Origin: Promethearchaeota archaeon
Lineage (GTDB): Archaea; Asgardarchaeota; Lokiarchaeia; Sigyniarchaeales; SOKP01
Length of the DNA stretch: 64,000 nt
Direction: 5' to 3'
Assembly: GCA_030603385.1 (NCBI GenBank)
Contig: JAUVXW010000007.1
Coordinates: 1 to 64,000, forward strand
A program made the translations under genes and the position numbers. Below the pieces are notes generated by a model. It saw nothing but the letters and a program-made list of their open reading frames with translations. It was not told the DNA's origin and did no database searches. How positions within the stretch are numbered: position 1 is the first letter of the stretch; every line of letters starts with the position of its first letter. Positions 23,301 through 38,300 of this stretch are shown here, one piece after another.

Positions 23301-26300
23301 AATGCGTATATTAAATTAATTAAGTTTAGTATCCAGGCTCAAGTTGCTTCAGTAAAAAAAGAGTTAATTTCCCCTAATGATATTGGAGAGAACAGTGTCT
23401 TATTTACTGGAGATATCACGAGTGACGGGATCGTTGATATTGGTTTTTCAGGGGGATTTCTCGAGAAAAAAGAAAATAATGAAAGAATATACCTAAAATA
23501 CTCTTTTAGCTACGTTTTTGATTCAAACTATAATAATGAATTCGATAACACCGATCCTCAAATAACATTTGCTGAATTCATCTTTGATTTGAGGTTTACT
23601 TGTAATGAGTCCAGTACTTATCTTTTTACTGATATGGGGTTACCGTTTAAAAAACTCATATTAGGCAATGAGAAAGTCCTTAATTTAACTACAAACGGAA
23701 GAGTAGACAAGGCATCTTTATATCTATCATCACCTGTGCAGAAAATTGGGGAATTTTCGAGAGTTAATGGAACTAAAAATAAATTTGTATATAATTGGAC
23801 CAATATCCGAACTCTTTTAGAGCCTTACTATACCACTGGTGATGAAATAGAAATCATAATTAATGTGTTTGACTCGTCCTCAAAAATTAATGATACTTTA
23901 CGATACACCTGCCTCCTTGATTTTGAACCTCCTGAAGTTAAAGTTAAGATAGGAGATGGAGCAACCAATTATTCCTCGAAAAACTGTGCTACACCTTGGA
24001 CAAGATATATAGTTGATATTTATGATAATTTAGAAAATATTTTGAATCATTCTCATTATTACTATTCAGAGATTTTAAGAAATTATTTCCAAGTAAAAGT
24101 CTTTGAGATTTCTAATAATTTAGTGTGTAAAACTGGGTTCATTCCATTAGATCGAACCATTGGAAACTTAAATGATTTGCATATTCCAATAAAAAATTAT
24201 GAAAACCCCGATGAATACTATTATGTTGTTGAGTTTAAAACAGTCGATGCTGCTGGTAATGTGGGTATAAATTCATCTTATTTGGGCGATAAATGTAAAT
24301 TGTTTGTATCAAACGAATTATATATTGAGTTTAATGATATTCTTATTGATGTTAATGAATTATTTCAAAACAGTAACGATTTCCTAAATTTTACATTAAT
24401 TGATGCTAACCAGAATAATGTAATAAATGCATCTTTATTCGCCAAATCTGGTAATTATTATTTGAAAAATCCAGTTTGGAATGAATCAACACAAACTTAT
24501 TATATAGAATTTGAGAATATTTTAGATTTAGTTATCCATTCTGAGAATATATTTGACCAGGAAATAATCTCAAATTACTATTTAGATAACAATCTAAACT
24601 GGGAGGTAAATAACGATGATTGCTATGCATTTGTAAAGCATGCCTCTCAGAAAGATCCACTTACTTTATCTTATTTCTTACAAAAAGAAAGAACGGTATT
24701 ATTAAATATTTCTAATCTTGAAACATATAAGCTTATTGACTTTATAAGACCAAATGAAGTTTATTGTTATGTTTGGAATAATGTCACAAAAGCTTATGAC
24801 ATCAAACACACATTTGCTCAAGAAGATTACACTGTTAGTAAAAATGGATCTATCTCATGGGACACTGAAATAGATTTTGAGTCAATGAATTTAAGAGGAA
24901 ATCAGATTATTTTTACCTATTTTGGCTCTAATTATAGCAATATTATTAAAGACAATCGAAAAAATGGCATGTTTTTCACTATTTTAGTGCCTTCGCTATA
25001 TTCTACACATTGTACAATCGATACTCTTCAGATTGAATTCCGAGATTTTGAAGACAATACATTCAATTATCTCATGGATTCTCTTGATTTTGATATTTAC
25101 TTTCAAAATGCAACAAAATACAAGAAAGTGATACCCGGTCTAGGCGAAATGCTTCAAATACCGATTTACATTGACTTTTCTAGATTAAATTCTCCAGACC
25201 TTCAAGCTCAGTTTAATATCTCTCATATTCACACTATAACCTTTGGAGTATTTGATGCTCATATCTGGCCCGGAGACCCGGTATCTTTTAACCAAGAATA
25301 TGGTTACATTAATCTAAATTATCCATATCAAGTGTTTGGAATCTCTGAAATATCGTTTTATGATATACTTACAGACGGATCCAATTTAACACTCCAAATT
25401 AACGATTTAAATTTTAAATATTCTATTGATGAATATCCAATTACAGTTAATAAATTCGACGCCCATATAACAGGGTTAGAGATTCTTAATGATAAAACCA
25501 AGTTATTATATGATCAACTTAATCTTATCAAATTTGCAGACATTTTAGATGTATACTTTCAAATTAATAATGATTCTGAGTTATTCCCTATATATGAGAT
25601 GACAACACCATTAATGGGATTAGTTGATATTCTTTCTAATACGATAATTGGGCTTTCCCTAATGGAATGGGATCTATCTATTAAGAAATATCACTCTCGG
25701 TTTACAATTGCAGAAGATGTAATGCAAGATGGACTCGAAAATTATCGTTTAAAACTTATGTTTATCCCTACTGATATTGAAAACTCTATTAACTCTACTG
25801 AAACGCTGAATATTGACTTAATCCCTCAAACCATTTCAAAAATTTGTTTATGGAATAATAGAGAAATAATAATTAATGATGATTATGTTTTTGATTTAAA
25901 AACCAAATTTACCCTACACTATGAAGAAGAATTACAATTAAAGGGATATATTCTTGATAATTCCACCTATTATCGCGAGAGAGAAATTATTCCATTTAAG
26001 GCTACTGATCCTCTCGGAGATCAAAAGGTTCAAATTTATGATATTGATCTTCATGGATTAATAGGGGAGTCACACTTTATAGATGTCAATAATTTCAAGG
26101 TAGAATTTATTGATAGAGCGAGTTTTAACTCAATAGAAATACTTTTTGAGGTTGTTAATGGGATCGTTGTGGTTCAATCAGATATTATAGAAAATGCATG
26201 GATTGAATATTTTGATTATTACCACCCTCAATATCCTAATAAATTTGTATTAAAAGTGAAATGGAACGAAAAGACACCCAATATCCTCCCATTTGATACA

Positions 26301-29300
26301 GATTTATTGTTATCTTATAAAGTAATGCAAGGTAAAAAAATTATACCTGTCACCTTTGAAGATTCTGATGATGTACTAACTCCTGTTGATTTCTGGAAGT
26401 ATGATTATGATACCTTCAAATGGGTGAATTCAGAAATATTTACCGAAGTGCTTAATATCAAGCAGACTAAAGAAAATAGCTCTTTATTTACTGGAGTAGA
26501 TCCAAACCAAATAATAAGAATTCTTGGATCATCAATCGGATCAGGTATTATAACTCTCGTAAATGTATGGCAGAGGGTAGGGACTACTTTTATTGTGGTA
26601 GATGATTCTAATTATGAGTATGAACTTATTAAGGTTAACGGAATCGATTCCCTTGAGGTTAAGTATTTAGGTGTTAACTCAGTAGATTTATTAGTGGAAT
26701 ATACTTTCATTCCCTTAATAAAACTTAAACATTATGCGATTGATGATTTATTAGCGGATTCTTATATAAAAACATGGGTAAACAATCATTTCTTTTCTAT
26801 TCCTATGGAGGTTGGAGTAGATTATGATATTGTAGGAGAAAATAAAAATCAATTAATCTTTTACACCTTTTACACATCGGTTACTCCGAAATTCAACTTA
26901 AATAATGGATGGTTTATTGTTTATTATGGATATCTTACAGAAGAGATAAATCTAGTTAAGAATTTAATTCTAGAATTTCTTGATTATGACGGGTTTTGGA
27001 AACCAATTGCTAAAATTCCACTTACATCAACAGGAGATTTCGATCATAGATTTTACATAGGGAACGGAGGTCTTCAGATCCCATTAAACGAAGAAACTAT
27101 TATGAGACTTACCTATTTACCATTGAATTTAACTAGTTATTGCAATCAAAATTCTGAAGTCAATTATAACTTTAATTGTGTGTATAACACATCCCATTCT
27201 GTAAATGAGCTTTTTACTCTTTTTGTTGAAGGAAAGACAAGTAAGATCAATTATATACCTACAGAATTTTCAAAATCTTTTGATAGATGGGCAATTATTC
27301 CAGAGAGGAAATATACAACGACCACTAACCCTTATGAATCCTTGCATGAAGGAGAGGAGTATACTTATCTCGAATTTCATAGAACTATTACAGATAATTA
27401 TGAGTTTACGTTCCAGCTAACTGATGGGAAAGGCGATTTTCTTGCCAACCAATTAATATGGTGTGAAATTGGCTGGAAACCAAAAGCGGGGCTTAACTAT
27501 AAGCTAGTTGACTGGGAAGATGATTACGGTCAATATATTGATTCTGAAGCTTTAGGTACTGTATGGCTTAAAGATGAGGGTGAGAAAATGTGTTATGGTC
27601 CCGGTATTCTGGATTATGAATATCCCATATCAAGAATGTTTACGAGACCGGAAACATGGGAATTTATTGATTCAGAAACAGATACAATAAGTGAATATTC
27701 AAGTTACGCATGGGATTATAGAATTAGTGATTCTAATGGTTTAGTTACATTTAACTTCACGTTTGATGATGACTATATTAGGGATCATCATAAAATTTTC
27801 GACAATTCACTTTTCAATAGTGGATCGGTTACTTTTGACTCTTTAGATGATTATAGACTGTATATTCGTGTTTTTCATGCTCCTGTTGTCGATATTAACC
27901 ATATGGCATTTGAGAATTCTTCAAGTCTTGTTTGTTCAAAAGGTAATAATGTGTTCGATATGAGCAGAACTTCTGAATTACATGATTATGATATATCTCA
28001 AACTATGTTCTATTCTGGAAGTTATGCTGAAGGCCTAATTTCATTATATCCCGAAGATATTATGCTCGGAGTTCCTAATTTACTAATCTATCAGTTAGGT
28101 TCTGAGTTGGATGATATATTTTCCTTTAATATAGAAGTTGCTGAAGCCAATGTCATACCAGATACTGAAATAATGACTATTAATAAATTAGGAAAAAATT
28201 TTGAGACCGATAAATTAATTCCAGAATATGATAATAATTCGTATTTAATTGAAGGAATGCCTATTGTTGCAACAATCACGGATTTTTCTGGAAATAGCCC
28301 ATTTGCAGAAGGTAATGTTGAATTTTTCGAGTATGTGGATGAGGCCGGTAAAGCAAAACTTAATATTAGCGACTATTACATGCAACAGTTAAGTCCAGGT
28401 GTATATAAAGTTAATATTTATGCAATTCCGAGAACTTATACAAAATCAATGTATCGCTTCATAACTCTCGAAGTGAGACCAGAAAATTGGCTTAAAATGG
28501 GAGAACCTACAATGACTTTAGATTTGCTTAATTGGTATGACAGCGGTTGGGGTGGCGCTTCTTTCGGTTCTGATTATTGTTTTTATGAAGATATTTATCC
28601 AAGACTTACAGGATATCTTGCAGCAAACCATAGTGAAGAAGGACTTGAGGATTATGTGAAATTCCAGTTATATGCCAAACTTAGAGATATTGATTCTACA
28701 ACTGATTGGGATGAAGTGGAATGGATTGAATTAGGAGATGAGGATATCTATCTTAGTTCCCTTGTCTATGACGGACTGTACTACTTCGAGTATCCTTTAG
28801 GATTTGACGGAGATATGCTTATTGGAAAGGAAATTATTTTAAACATTACTGCAGATTGTACATACAACCAAACAGGAATGTCAGCAGAAAATAGAAAACA
28901 ACAATTAAATATATTGAATTTAACGTTAGCAACTTCAACTATTCGGAGAGATGCTGAAGTATTACGCTCTTACAGTGATTCTGATATACATAAGGTGTGG
29001 ATTGGTGATTTCTCGCAATATGGTGTTGAGAGATATTTCGAATATGTTGATACCAAAGATATTTATGGTATTGATGCTGAGGATATACTTTTGAATTTGA
29101 TAGGTTATGTGGAAGAAAGTATTTCTATTGTAGAAGTAAAGGCTATTCAAAATTATAGAGAAATAATTTTAGAGGAAAATATTGATTATGATTTTGAACC
29201 AAATGGCTATGAAATTGATATAGAATCTTCCACTTTACTAGATAATCATTCAGATCTGGTAATATCGTATGCTATTAAAGTTGATGCAAATAAAGTACTA

Positions 29301-32300
29301 GAATTTACTTTCTCAGAATCCAGTGGCTTTACACATAGCTCCCTTATTTTAGGTACCGAGAATAATACTATAAAATTAGAAAAGGAGAATTATTTAGGAA
29401 AGTTTTATTCCACGTTCAATGAGACCTACAGATTAGACTCTTCAGGATCCACTTATCTTTCTAAATCATTTACAGGTATTACATCAGACGATTTTAAGAT
29501 AATAAATATCAATAGCTCAAATCCTTATTCTATTGATATCTTAGATGACAGAATTCTAATCGATTTTGATTCTATGAGAAATGAGGATGTAGCTATTGAA
29601 TATGGGATTGCAACTTATCAATTAGATCGAGGTTATCAACAGTTTGGGATGACCCTAGGAAATGCTGTTAGGAAATTATCTAAGTTTCATAGTACTCACA
29701 ATATATTAGTATTTTCAGATGATATTGTTAATACTGTTAATTTGCTTACAATACCAGATGATCCACAAAATCCGCTTGAATCTGGAGATTCAAAACTTTT
29801 AATTCCTATTTCAAAAAATAATAAGACTTCTATTTCCTTTACTAATTTAGGTTTATTATATGACTCAGTTTTAAGGGGAAACTTTTATTTAGATGATTGC
29901 ATTCTCTTAGGAGATATTCACGATCTAAAATCCGTTTTAGCTACATTTACCTTCACAACCGAGGATGGTGAATCATACTTCGACTATGTTTCAATCGATC
30001 CAAGCACAGATAATAATAAATTTGATTTTGAGATCGATTTACAACCCATATTTTGTGTTAAAGGTTATACAACGTATGATATTGAAATTGATTTCTTAAG
30101 TTATGGAGACAATAAAAAATTCCTGCAATATATCTTGTTTGAAAAGTTTGAGCTTACTGTAGATGATAGGATCATACAGACAGTAGACAAGCCAATGCTT
30201 AATAAGAGAAGTGAACTAGATGTAGCCCAAACAATAAATACCGCTCATTATGCGCAAATTTTCACCAGCAGGCTGGATGAAGCATATAATGTTCCCGAGG
30301 ACGCATGGCTAACTATTACCATTGAAGGTTTTGATGAATATGGGGAGTTAGTTAAATTATATCAAAATGATCAGAAAAAGCTAGCTTTTGAACATGTTGA
30401 TAACAACGAGTTTTACTTCCAATCTTTAAAGTCTCATGATAATAGATTAGTAAATTCATTAGGTTTCCACTTAAATGCATATGATCTTGAAATACCTAAA
30501 TATATTGAAGGAGAAATTAACCTCTATGCTGGAAAAGGAACACATAATGATATAGATGATGAATCATGGATGTATTGGTCAACAACGGAAGATTTTCAAT
30601 TCTATCCAAATGAATATAACTTTACTTCTTTTGAGTTTACGGGTTTTACAGATCGCCATTTTGAAGTTTCCTTAGACCTAACTCATGGTGGAGAATTTAG
30701 TGATATAATTAATAATAAAGAATGGTGGAGAATTAAACCATTTGGAATTACGGTACAGACTGAGGCGGGTGAACGATATATCGATAGGAATTTCTTCTGT
30801 AGTTGGCAACATGATACTAGCTATCCTAATAAGCCAATTTATACATTCTCACTCCTCCGTGATTATTATGAATATATTGGAATTCTCAGTAATACTGAAG
30901 TTGTAGTCACCTATTATTATCAGAAAGAAAGCTTGAGCTATTTTACTGCATATGACGAGATTTTATACGGAAATGATTATACGTTTATTATTAGGAACTC
31001 CCAGGGATCAGTCATCAGTGATATTGAGAATATACATTCAATTGAAGGCAATAATATAACTTTCACAGATAAGATCAAAATTTTCTTGGAAATTGGAGAG
31101 ACTTTCACTATTGAGTACGAGTTCAGAACCAAAAAATTACTGGATACCAAGCATTTGCTTATCGAAATTCAACCATGGGAAATGAAATTTTATAATAGCT
31201 TTTATCCCTTTAGTGGAGGATCTATAATTGCACCTCTTTACTATAATTTATCTGCTAATTATCAATATCAATTAGCGCTCAATTATAGGTTGCAGGAAAA
31301 AGATATTCTTACATTCTCTATTAATTTAACCTCAAAGGATATCCAAAATGATATGGTAGCTTATGATTTTGGTTATAACAATCCAATTGTAGATTATGAC
31401 AATACACCTGTAATCATTGCTTACTTCTACAATGAGGATAATGAGAAAATACTAATTCCAGATGATTGTTTACATTGCACTTTTAATTCTATTATAATAA
31501 AAATGATTAAATCCAAGTTTGCCCTTACAGAGGAAGACACAATCAACATCTCGATTTTTCCTGAGCTACATAATAAATATCAGTTATTCCATAACCTTAT
31601 TGTAGATCTTGTTAATGATAATATTGTTCTTACTAATTGGACAGTTTTTCAAGATCCACAAAATAACCTTATCCCTAATTATGAATCACCATATTTCATT
31701 TTTGAGGTCGATCCCTATGAGACGACTAATAAAGGCAAGGTAAAAGAAATTTATGCGATATTAAACGAAACAAATTATCTTACTTATTATTTAACTGAAG
31801 ATCTCAATGATCCTATTAATGGGTGGAAATATTTTGATACTCTTATCATGAAACTTGGATTTTTGAATCCCGAAGTACTTGATTATCTAGAAGTATCATT
31901 TTACTATGAAAATAACGGAAAACAGCTGATAGGAAGTGTAAATGTTACCATAGATATGATTGATACGGAATCTGGTGCAGTCTATATAAGATTACCAGAA
32001 TCCACTGATTTCAATAAGTTTACCATTCAAAACGGTGCTCAAATTGTATTTAGACCTGTATTTCGCACTCCCTCTGAATTTCAAGGATTTTATTATCAAG
32101 ATGGTTATCCAACTATACAGTTAGTAGAGTGGAATTCAAATGATGTTAAGGATGGATTTCTTGAGGTGGAATTGGATAGTAAAATTATTTCAGAAAATCA
32201 GAGTGTTTATGTATTCAATGATTTAATGGAAAACATGTATGAAGCTACTGAAGTTAATGTTGAAACAGAAGAACATGAATATGATGGATCTACAGAAAAA

Positions 32301-35300
32301 TTTAGTTTAGAATTCAATACTATTACAATTCCTGAGGTGTTTCTGGATACAAATGGAAACACTATAAAAATGAGAGATGGAGATATTCTATTTTTAAAAT
32401 ATAAGGCGTTTTTGGAGGCTTCGATTGGTATCACTGTTGAGGATATGGTGCTTCAAAGGAAACCATACTTTGAAAATTATGAAACAAATAGATATGATAT
32501 TCCTATTGCAGAAATTTCATTACTGGGTGTAAATGTTGATGGAAATAATTATTCAATTGATGATGTTTTTGAAAATAGAGAGAAGTTAGTAGCTTGGGAG
32601 ACATCGTTAGATATAACGCCATTTGAATCTGAATTAGAAAATACCTATAAACAACAAGTATTTAATATTAGTTTTGCAGATATTAAGCCTGAGTTCAAGA
32701 AATTAGACGAAAAAAATATTGAGAATTGCTATGTCACCGACATCATGATTACATCGAACGACCCGAGATATGAGATCGTTGTAGATTCATTTTTTATTTT
32801 TGAATTTGACGAGAATGCTAACATCTATGATTCTGATATTTTTGAAATCTATCCAAATAACCACATGGAAACTTTCTATTTTGGAAATTATTCGGATATT
32901 TATAGTAATTCAGTAATCCTTAATACCAGTGAATTCTTACCAATTTATCAAGGGATTGAATCTGTAGACGAGACCTATTATTTTGAGGTATTTGATAATT
33001 TAGATAATTGGTACTATTTTGGCGAGCATCTAATCGGAGAAGAGATATCTTCTGGGGTTTATAATATAACTTGGAATCTTCAATACTGCCAAGAATATTA
33101 TTATGCATATATCAATCAATATGAAGATCTTTCTGAACTCTATGACTATTATAATCCGCATATTGACAAACTTAGGTATCTCTATTTAACTTGGGCTGAT
33201 AAAAACGCTTGGAACGAATGGCAGACCATCGAGCAAGCAAATGTAAATATCAGCACCTTAGATATCACATTCGAATGGTGTGATGAAACGCCAGAAGAAT
33301 ATGAATCGGTTGTATATAACCAAACTTTAGACGAATTTGAAGCACGACATATTGCAGTTGAGCCCATATACCCATATGATTCAAGTCGCAAAACCGATAT
33401 TTTTGAGTTGTCGCAAGACTATAGCAACGCCCAAGACCTGGATATTTACAAGATCACGGGATACTTTTTCAACGAAACTGTGAAAAATTTTGATCCAAGT
33501 ATATCAAATATTCAACTTGATAAAAAATCGATTGAAATTTCCGCCCCTAGTGGCTTTAATTTAGATAATTTTGAGAAAATTATCGTATATCTGAACTTTA
33601 CTGAGGGTGCCTATTCAGATTATACACAATTTAGACTCCTTCAAAATGCTATTGATAACCATCCAGAAGCACCATCATGGACTAAAAATGACTCGATATA
33701 TATTGATTTTGAGTATACCGATATTGATTATTTCCTCCTCCTTGAAGATTATGCGGTTGGTTCTGAAGATTCAATGTTTGAATATTTTGAATATGTTAGA
33801 AATGACAAATTCGTTTCATTCGATTATTCATTCAGTATGCTAGAAGAAATTGATAACTTTGATTCATTTACAGAAGTTAATGATCCTTCTTCTGTTTTAG
33901 AGCTATACGATTTTGATTTAGATGCCAATCATGAACTTGTTATCCAAAAAGATGATGTCTCAAATGATGGAGTGTTTGATTCATTTAAATATGGGGCTTT
34001 AAATCCAGCAGGAGAGATTTCTTTCCATACACTTGTTCAAGAGGCTAGTTCAGTACAAGTCTATAAAGACCAAAGCGTAGATTACAGCGTAAGTGAAGGT
34101 TATCAAATAAACTGGAAGGATATATGGCGCAAATACTATATTTTTGCCCGACGCTATCTTACTACATACACTACAGTTACTAATACAATAAGTTCAGCGG
34201 GTAAATTAATTCAAAAGGATCTTGATGCTGATGGGATCCCCGATAAGGAGATTTTCTTTAGAACAAGCTTTTCAATTACCGAAGTTATAACCGTAACTAA
34301 TGAAACGACTCACTTACATTTCAAACCTACATGTCATAACCCTGGTGGCAAGAGGCATGACGGTTATCTCACTGAGTTGCGAAACTCGACTACAATATAT
34401 ACAGATCAATCTGTATCATTTATGTTTAAGGATTTTGAAGGAGAAGAAGCCGTTTCTATACGTCTTTATGAAGATATATTCCCAAACGAGTTATCCGAGG
34501 CGTATAATTTAGAAAATAACCTCTATTCAATTACTAATGATCAAAATGACGAAGATCCCGATAATGACATAACAATTGATTCACCCGCACTTGAGGAGCT
34601 TCTTTCGCTTTCACATGATACTGATCCAGTTTCGGCTATCTTTGATCAAGTATCTATATATGAAAATGATGAATTCGATACAGAAAACATATTAGCAGTC
34701 AATAAGTCGTTAACAGCTTCAGGTATGTATAATGCAATTACAGGATTAGGTTCACAAGGTAGTGAACATGAGTTCTCGGTTAGCGTTATCGAGGTTAAAC
34801 CAAACGAAGGGGTATATTATGATATCAATACTCGATTCGGGCCTCAAAAAATTGAAGGTTCATATTATTACTACGATGAGAACAATGATGGACGGTACAG
34901 TACTATATTTGTTACAGATTCAAATGATAATATCATTGGTATTGGTTTCGATAATGATAAAAATCTAATTTTCGAGCCTAACAGCAGACAATTCGTAGAA
35001 AAACATATAATTAAGGGTGGGGCATTTGGTTGGAAGAAATATGACTACCTTACCGGTGAAGAATACTATGTAGTTGAGAATTATATTAAAAATAAGCTTG
35101 TGTTCTTCCAAGATGAAGATCGATATGAGGGATATTTCTTAGAACCGACTCTTAGTGATTCGCTATTTGACATCTGGAAAATGCAATATAATGCAGGATC
35201 CAGCAAGTTAATAAAGGAACAAATGTCAATTACCTCCCATCAATTCCTTTCATCAATAACACCCAGTAAGATAATTGGAGATATCGCTTGGCAAATAAAA

Positions 35301-38300
35301 GCCCAAACAATCTCGGCTGTAGTTGGAGGAGTTCTTGCTGGAATTGTTTCAATTTTTACAGCAGGTGCTGGAGCTAAGATTGCATATTATGTTGGCCATT
35401 TCATTACTTATGCAATTTGCAATGCAATCCATTCATATATACAAGAAAGAGACCAAAACTATTACATTCGCTCTCAGACTTTTCACAATGTCAATTATGA
35501 AGGCGAAGTGAAATTATCTGATAAACTAATGAAAGATCGCTATTTTGGCGATATGATGACTGATGCCTTGTTAGATAGTGGCAGTGGAGTATATGCCCCT
35601 GTAAGGGCTGAAACCGATAAACACGCGTATTCTGGTGAAGTTGTCCTTGCCCCTCGCGGCAAATCAAAGACTTCTCTAAGTATAACGCTTGATGTTTCAT
35701 TTAAGCATTTAGCTTTGGATTATTCTCAACAAACTCGTGGTTATTTCACATATTCTGATCTTGACGATCCTCGATTTATTTCGTTCTATCACGAGGGTAA
35801 TGAGGTTTTCATAATTCCGAGAAACGATAAGAGTAAGTATATGAGTAATTCAATTATGTATTTAGAAGATACGGTCCACAACACGACTATAGCGAATGAT
35901 GATACCCATTATGATAGCATTACTCCTTATATGGTTTATGGCGATGGCACGTTTGTTCCAGTACTTCAATTTGCCGATTCGGAAGGAGCTATCCCAGTTC
36001 CCGAATTCTACGACGAGTATCCAATTTTCTTATCCCCAGAACATTACGAGCTTATAAGCGAAGAATATCATTCAATCTATAAGATCTACGATGGTATTTC
36101 CAATACCATCCAGCTTATACCCGATTATAGTACTCATACTTTACATTCTGATATCGTATCATTTGACGCATATCTCTCTGATGGACAAGGTACTGAAATT
36201 CCCATTGGAAATTATAAGAACTCTGATAGTTATGAGTCCTTTACCTTTAACAGCACTTCAGGGAAAGTAGTTCTATCACCCCAACAAGTAAATCATTTAG
36301 ATGATTATTTAGACAACTATGAAGGTGATGCATATATTGTCCTTGAGTTTTTCATTGAGAAATATAGATCAGTTGATGATTTAAGAGATCTTACCGCCGA
36401 AGAAGTGGAGAACATTGCAACCATGCAATCTGCTCACGCTAATATCTTAGAATATATGTATCAGCATACCATAGCCACGAAGACTCAGCAAAAGTTAAGC
36501 GAAGCAGCATACACGGTACTTGTGACCGTTATAAGCACACTACCTTTTGCAATAGCTGGTGCTTTTAGTAAAGGATTGATACAATTACCTAAAATGGTTA
36601 TATTCGAGACGTTTGAAGAATTGTTCATTGATCCATGGATCGAATCGTATGTTTCTGGTTATGCAGAAGAACATGGATGGAGCACATTAGGAAAGTCACT
36701 TGCCGTAAGCTTTGCTGAAAGTAGCAGAGAGACATTTGGAAGCACGATATCCAGAGGACTTAAACAAGTTTTCTCGATAAATCAACAAGCTTCACAGAGT
36801 ATTAATTCAGAATCACAATCGCAAGCTCAATCAGTACAGTCGGCAAGTCAGCTAAAAGCAGATCGTAAATCAGCAACACTTCAATCGGTTTCTCAAATAG
36901 CATTATCGACAATCATACTCTTTGCGGGCTTTATATCACCAATTGCTGTCATATTTGGCACTTATGCCACTCAAGTTGGAATGGGTGTTATGTCGACAGT
37001 TAAAGAAGTTCGATACAAGCATTTGCTTAATAAGATTATTGACTCATATTCAGAAGCCAATGTACAGGATCTTTTAAGCATACTTGCCCCATCAAAAGTA
37101 TCTGATGCACAGACCAACTTAGTTCATAACGAATTAAGCCCTATAATAAGTAAAGAGCATAGTTTAATTACTGATGAGCAGAAGAATAAAGGTAAATCTG
37201 AAAATTTACTACAAAAAACTTTTGCGTGGGTAAAACAACATAAGAAACAAATTGCAATGTATGCCGGAGTTGCCATTACTGGATTTCTTGCCTCTCAAGG
37301 TATTAATGCTCTTTTTTCTGATTCTATGTTTGGAAGTCTTGCTGGTAGTGTTACCAGCATGGGACTCGGTACAATTGGGATGGTTAAACAAGAGTCTACT
37401 TCTGATAAAAATACCAAAAAGGTTAAGATCCAACAGACTCTAGACGGTAAATCCTTACTTCCTTCTAAAGTAGATAGAATAATTTCAAGAGAATTTGGAG
37501 GAAAAAAACATTATACTCAGGAATATATGAAAAATCTTTGGAAATTAGGTAAAACTGATGGGAAGGATGGTAATTACATTTTTGGTATGATTTATCAGTG
37601 GACTCATGAGAAAAGCGGTAAAGTTTATGTATATCCAGGAAGAACGGAAAGGCGTAGAGGTACTCCAGATTATCGACCATATTCATCCATTTCTGTAAGG
37701 TTTGATGAGGAAATTAGGACCGCTATTGAGAGCAAAATAGGAGAATTACAGAGAAGGAAATGTAAAATGTATTACGATATGCGACTAGTATTTGATAGTG
37801 CTGGTAAAGGTCAAAAAGGTATTAATGCAATTATAAAGAATTTTAAGCTCGAAATTGTGGAATTGCAAGTAATGTCAGAAACTTATGAGAAAGATAAAAT
37901 AATAATTGAACAGCTTGAAGATTATTGGTCGGATGTGGCAATTTCGAAGGGCTATGAATTATACACTAAAGCAGGTGGTAGAATTGGAGCCCATGTTTCA
38001 GAGCTAAAGGGAGCACACGGTAGAAAAGCTGCTCACAAAAAAGTTAGGGATATGATACGACACGGATTTTCTAAAAAAGATATTGCTCAATATTTCGAGA
38101 TGCCTTGGAGTCCCATAACTCACGGTTCAATGGCTCTTAATTATTTACTTCGTGAGGCTTTAGACGGTAAATCTTACACTAAGGTAAGAAACGAAGAGAT
38201 TAGTTCAGAAATTCTAGACCTTATAGATAATGGAGTCCTCACAATTCCAGATCTTGCTTCATATTTTAAGGGTATGACTCCCAAAGATATTTTTAATTTT

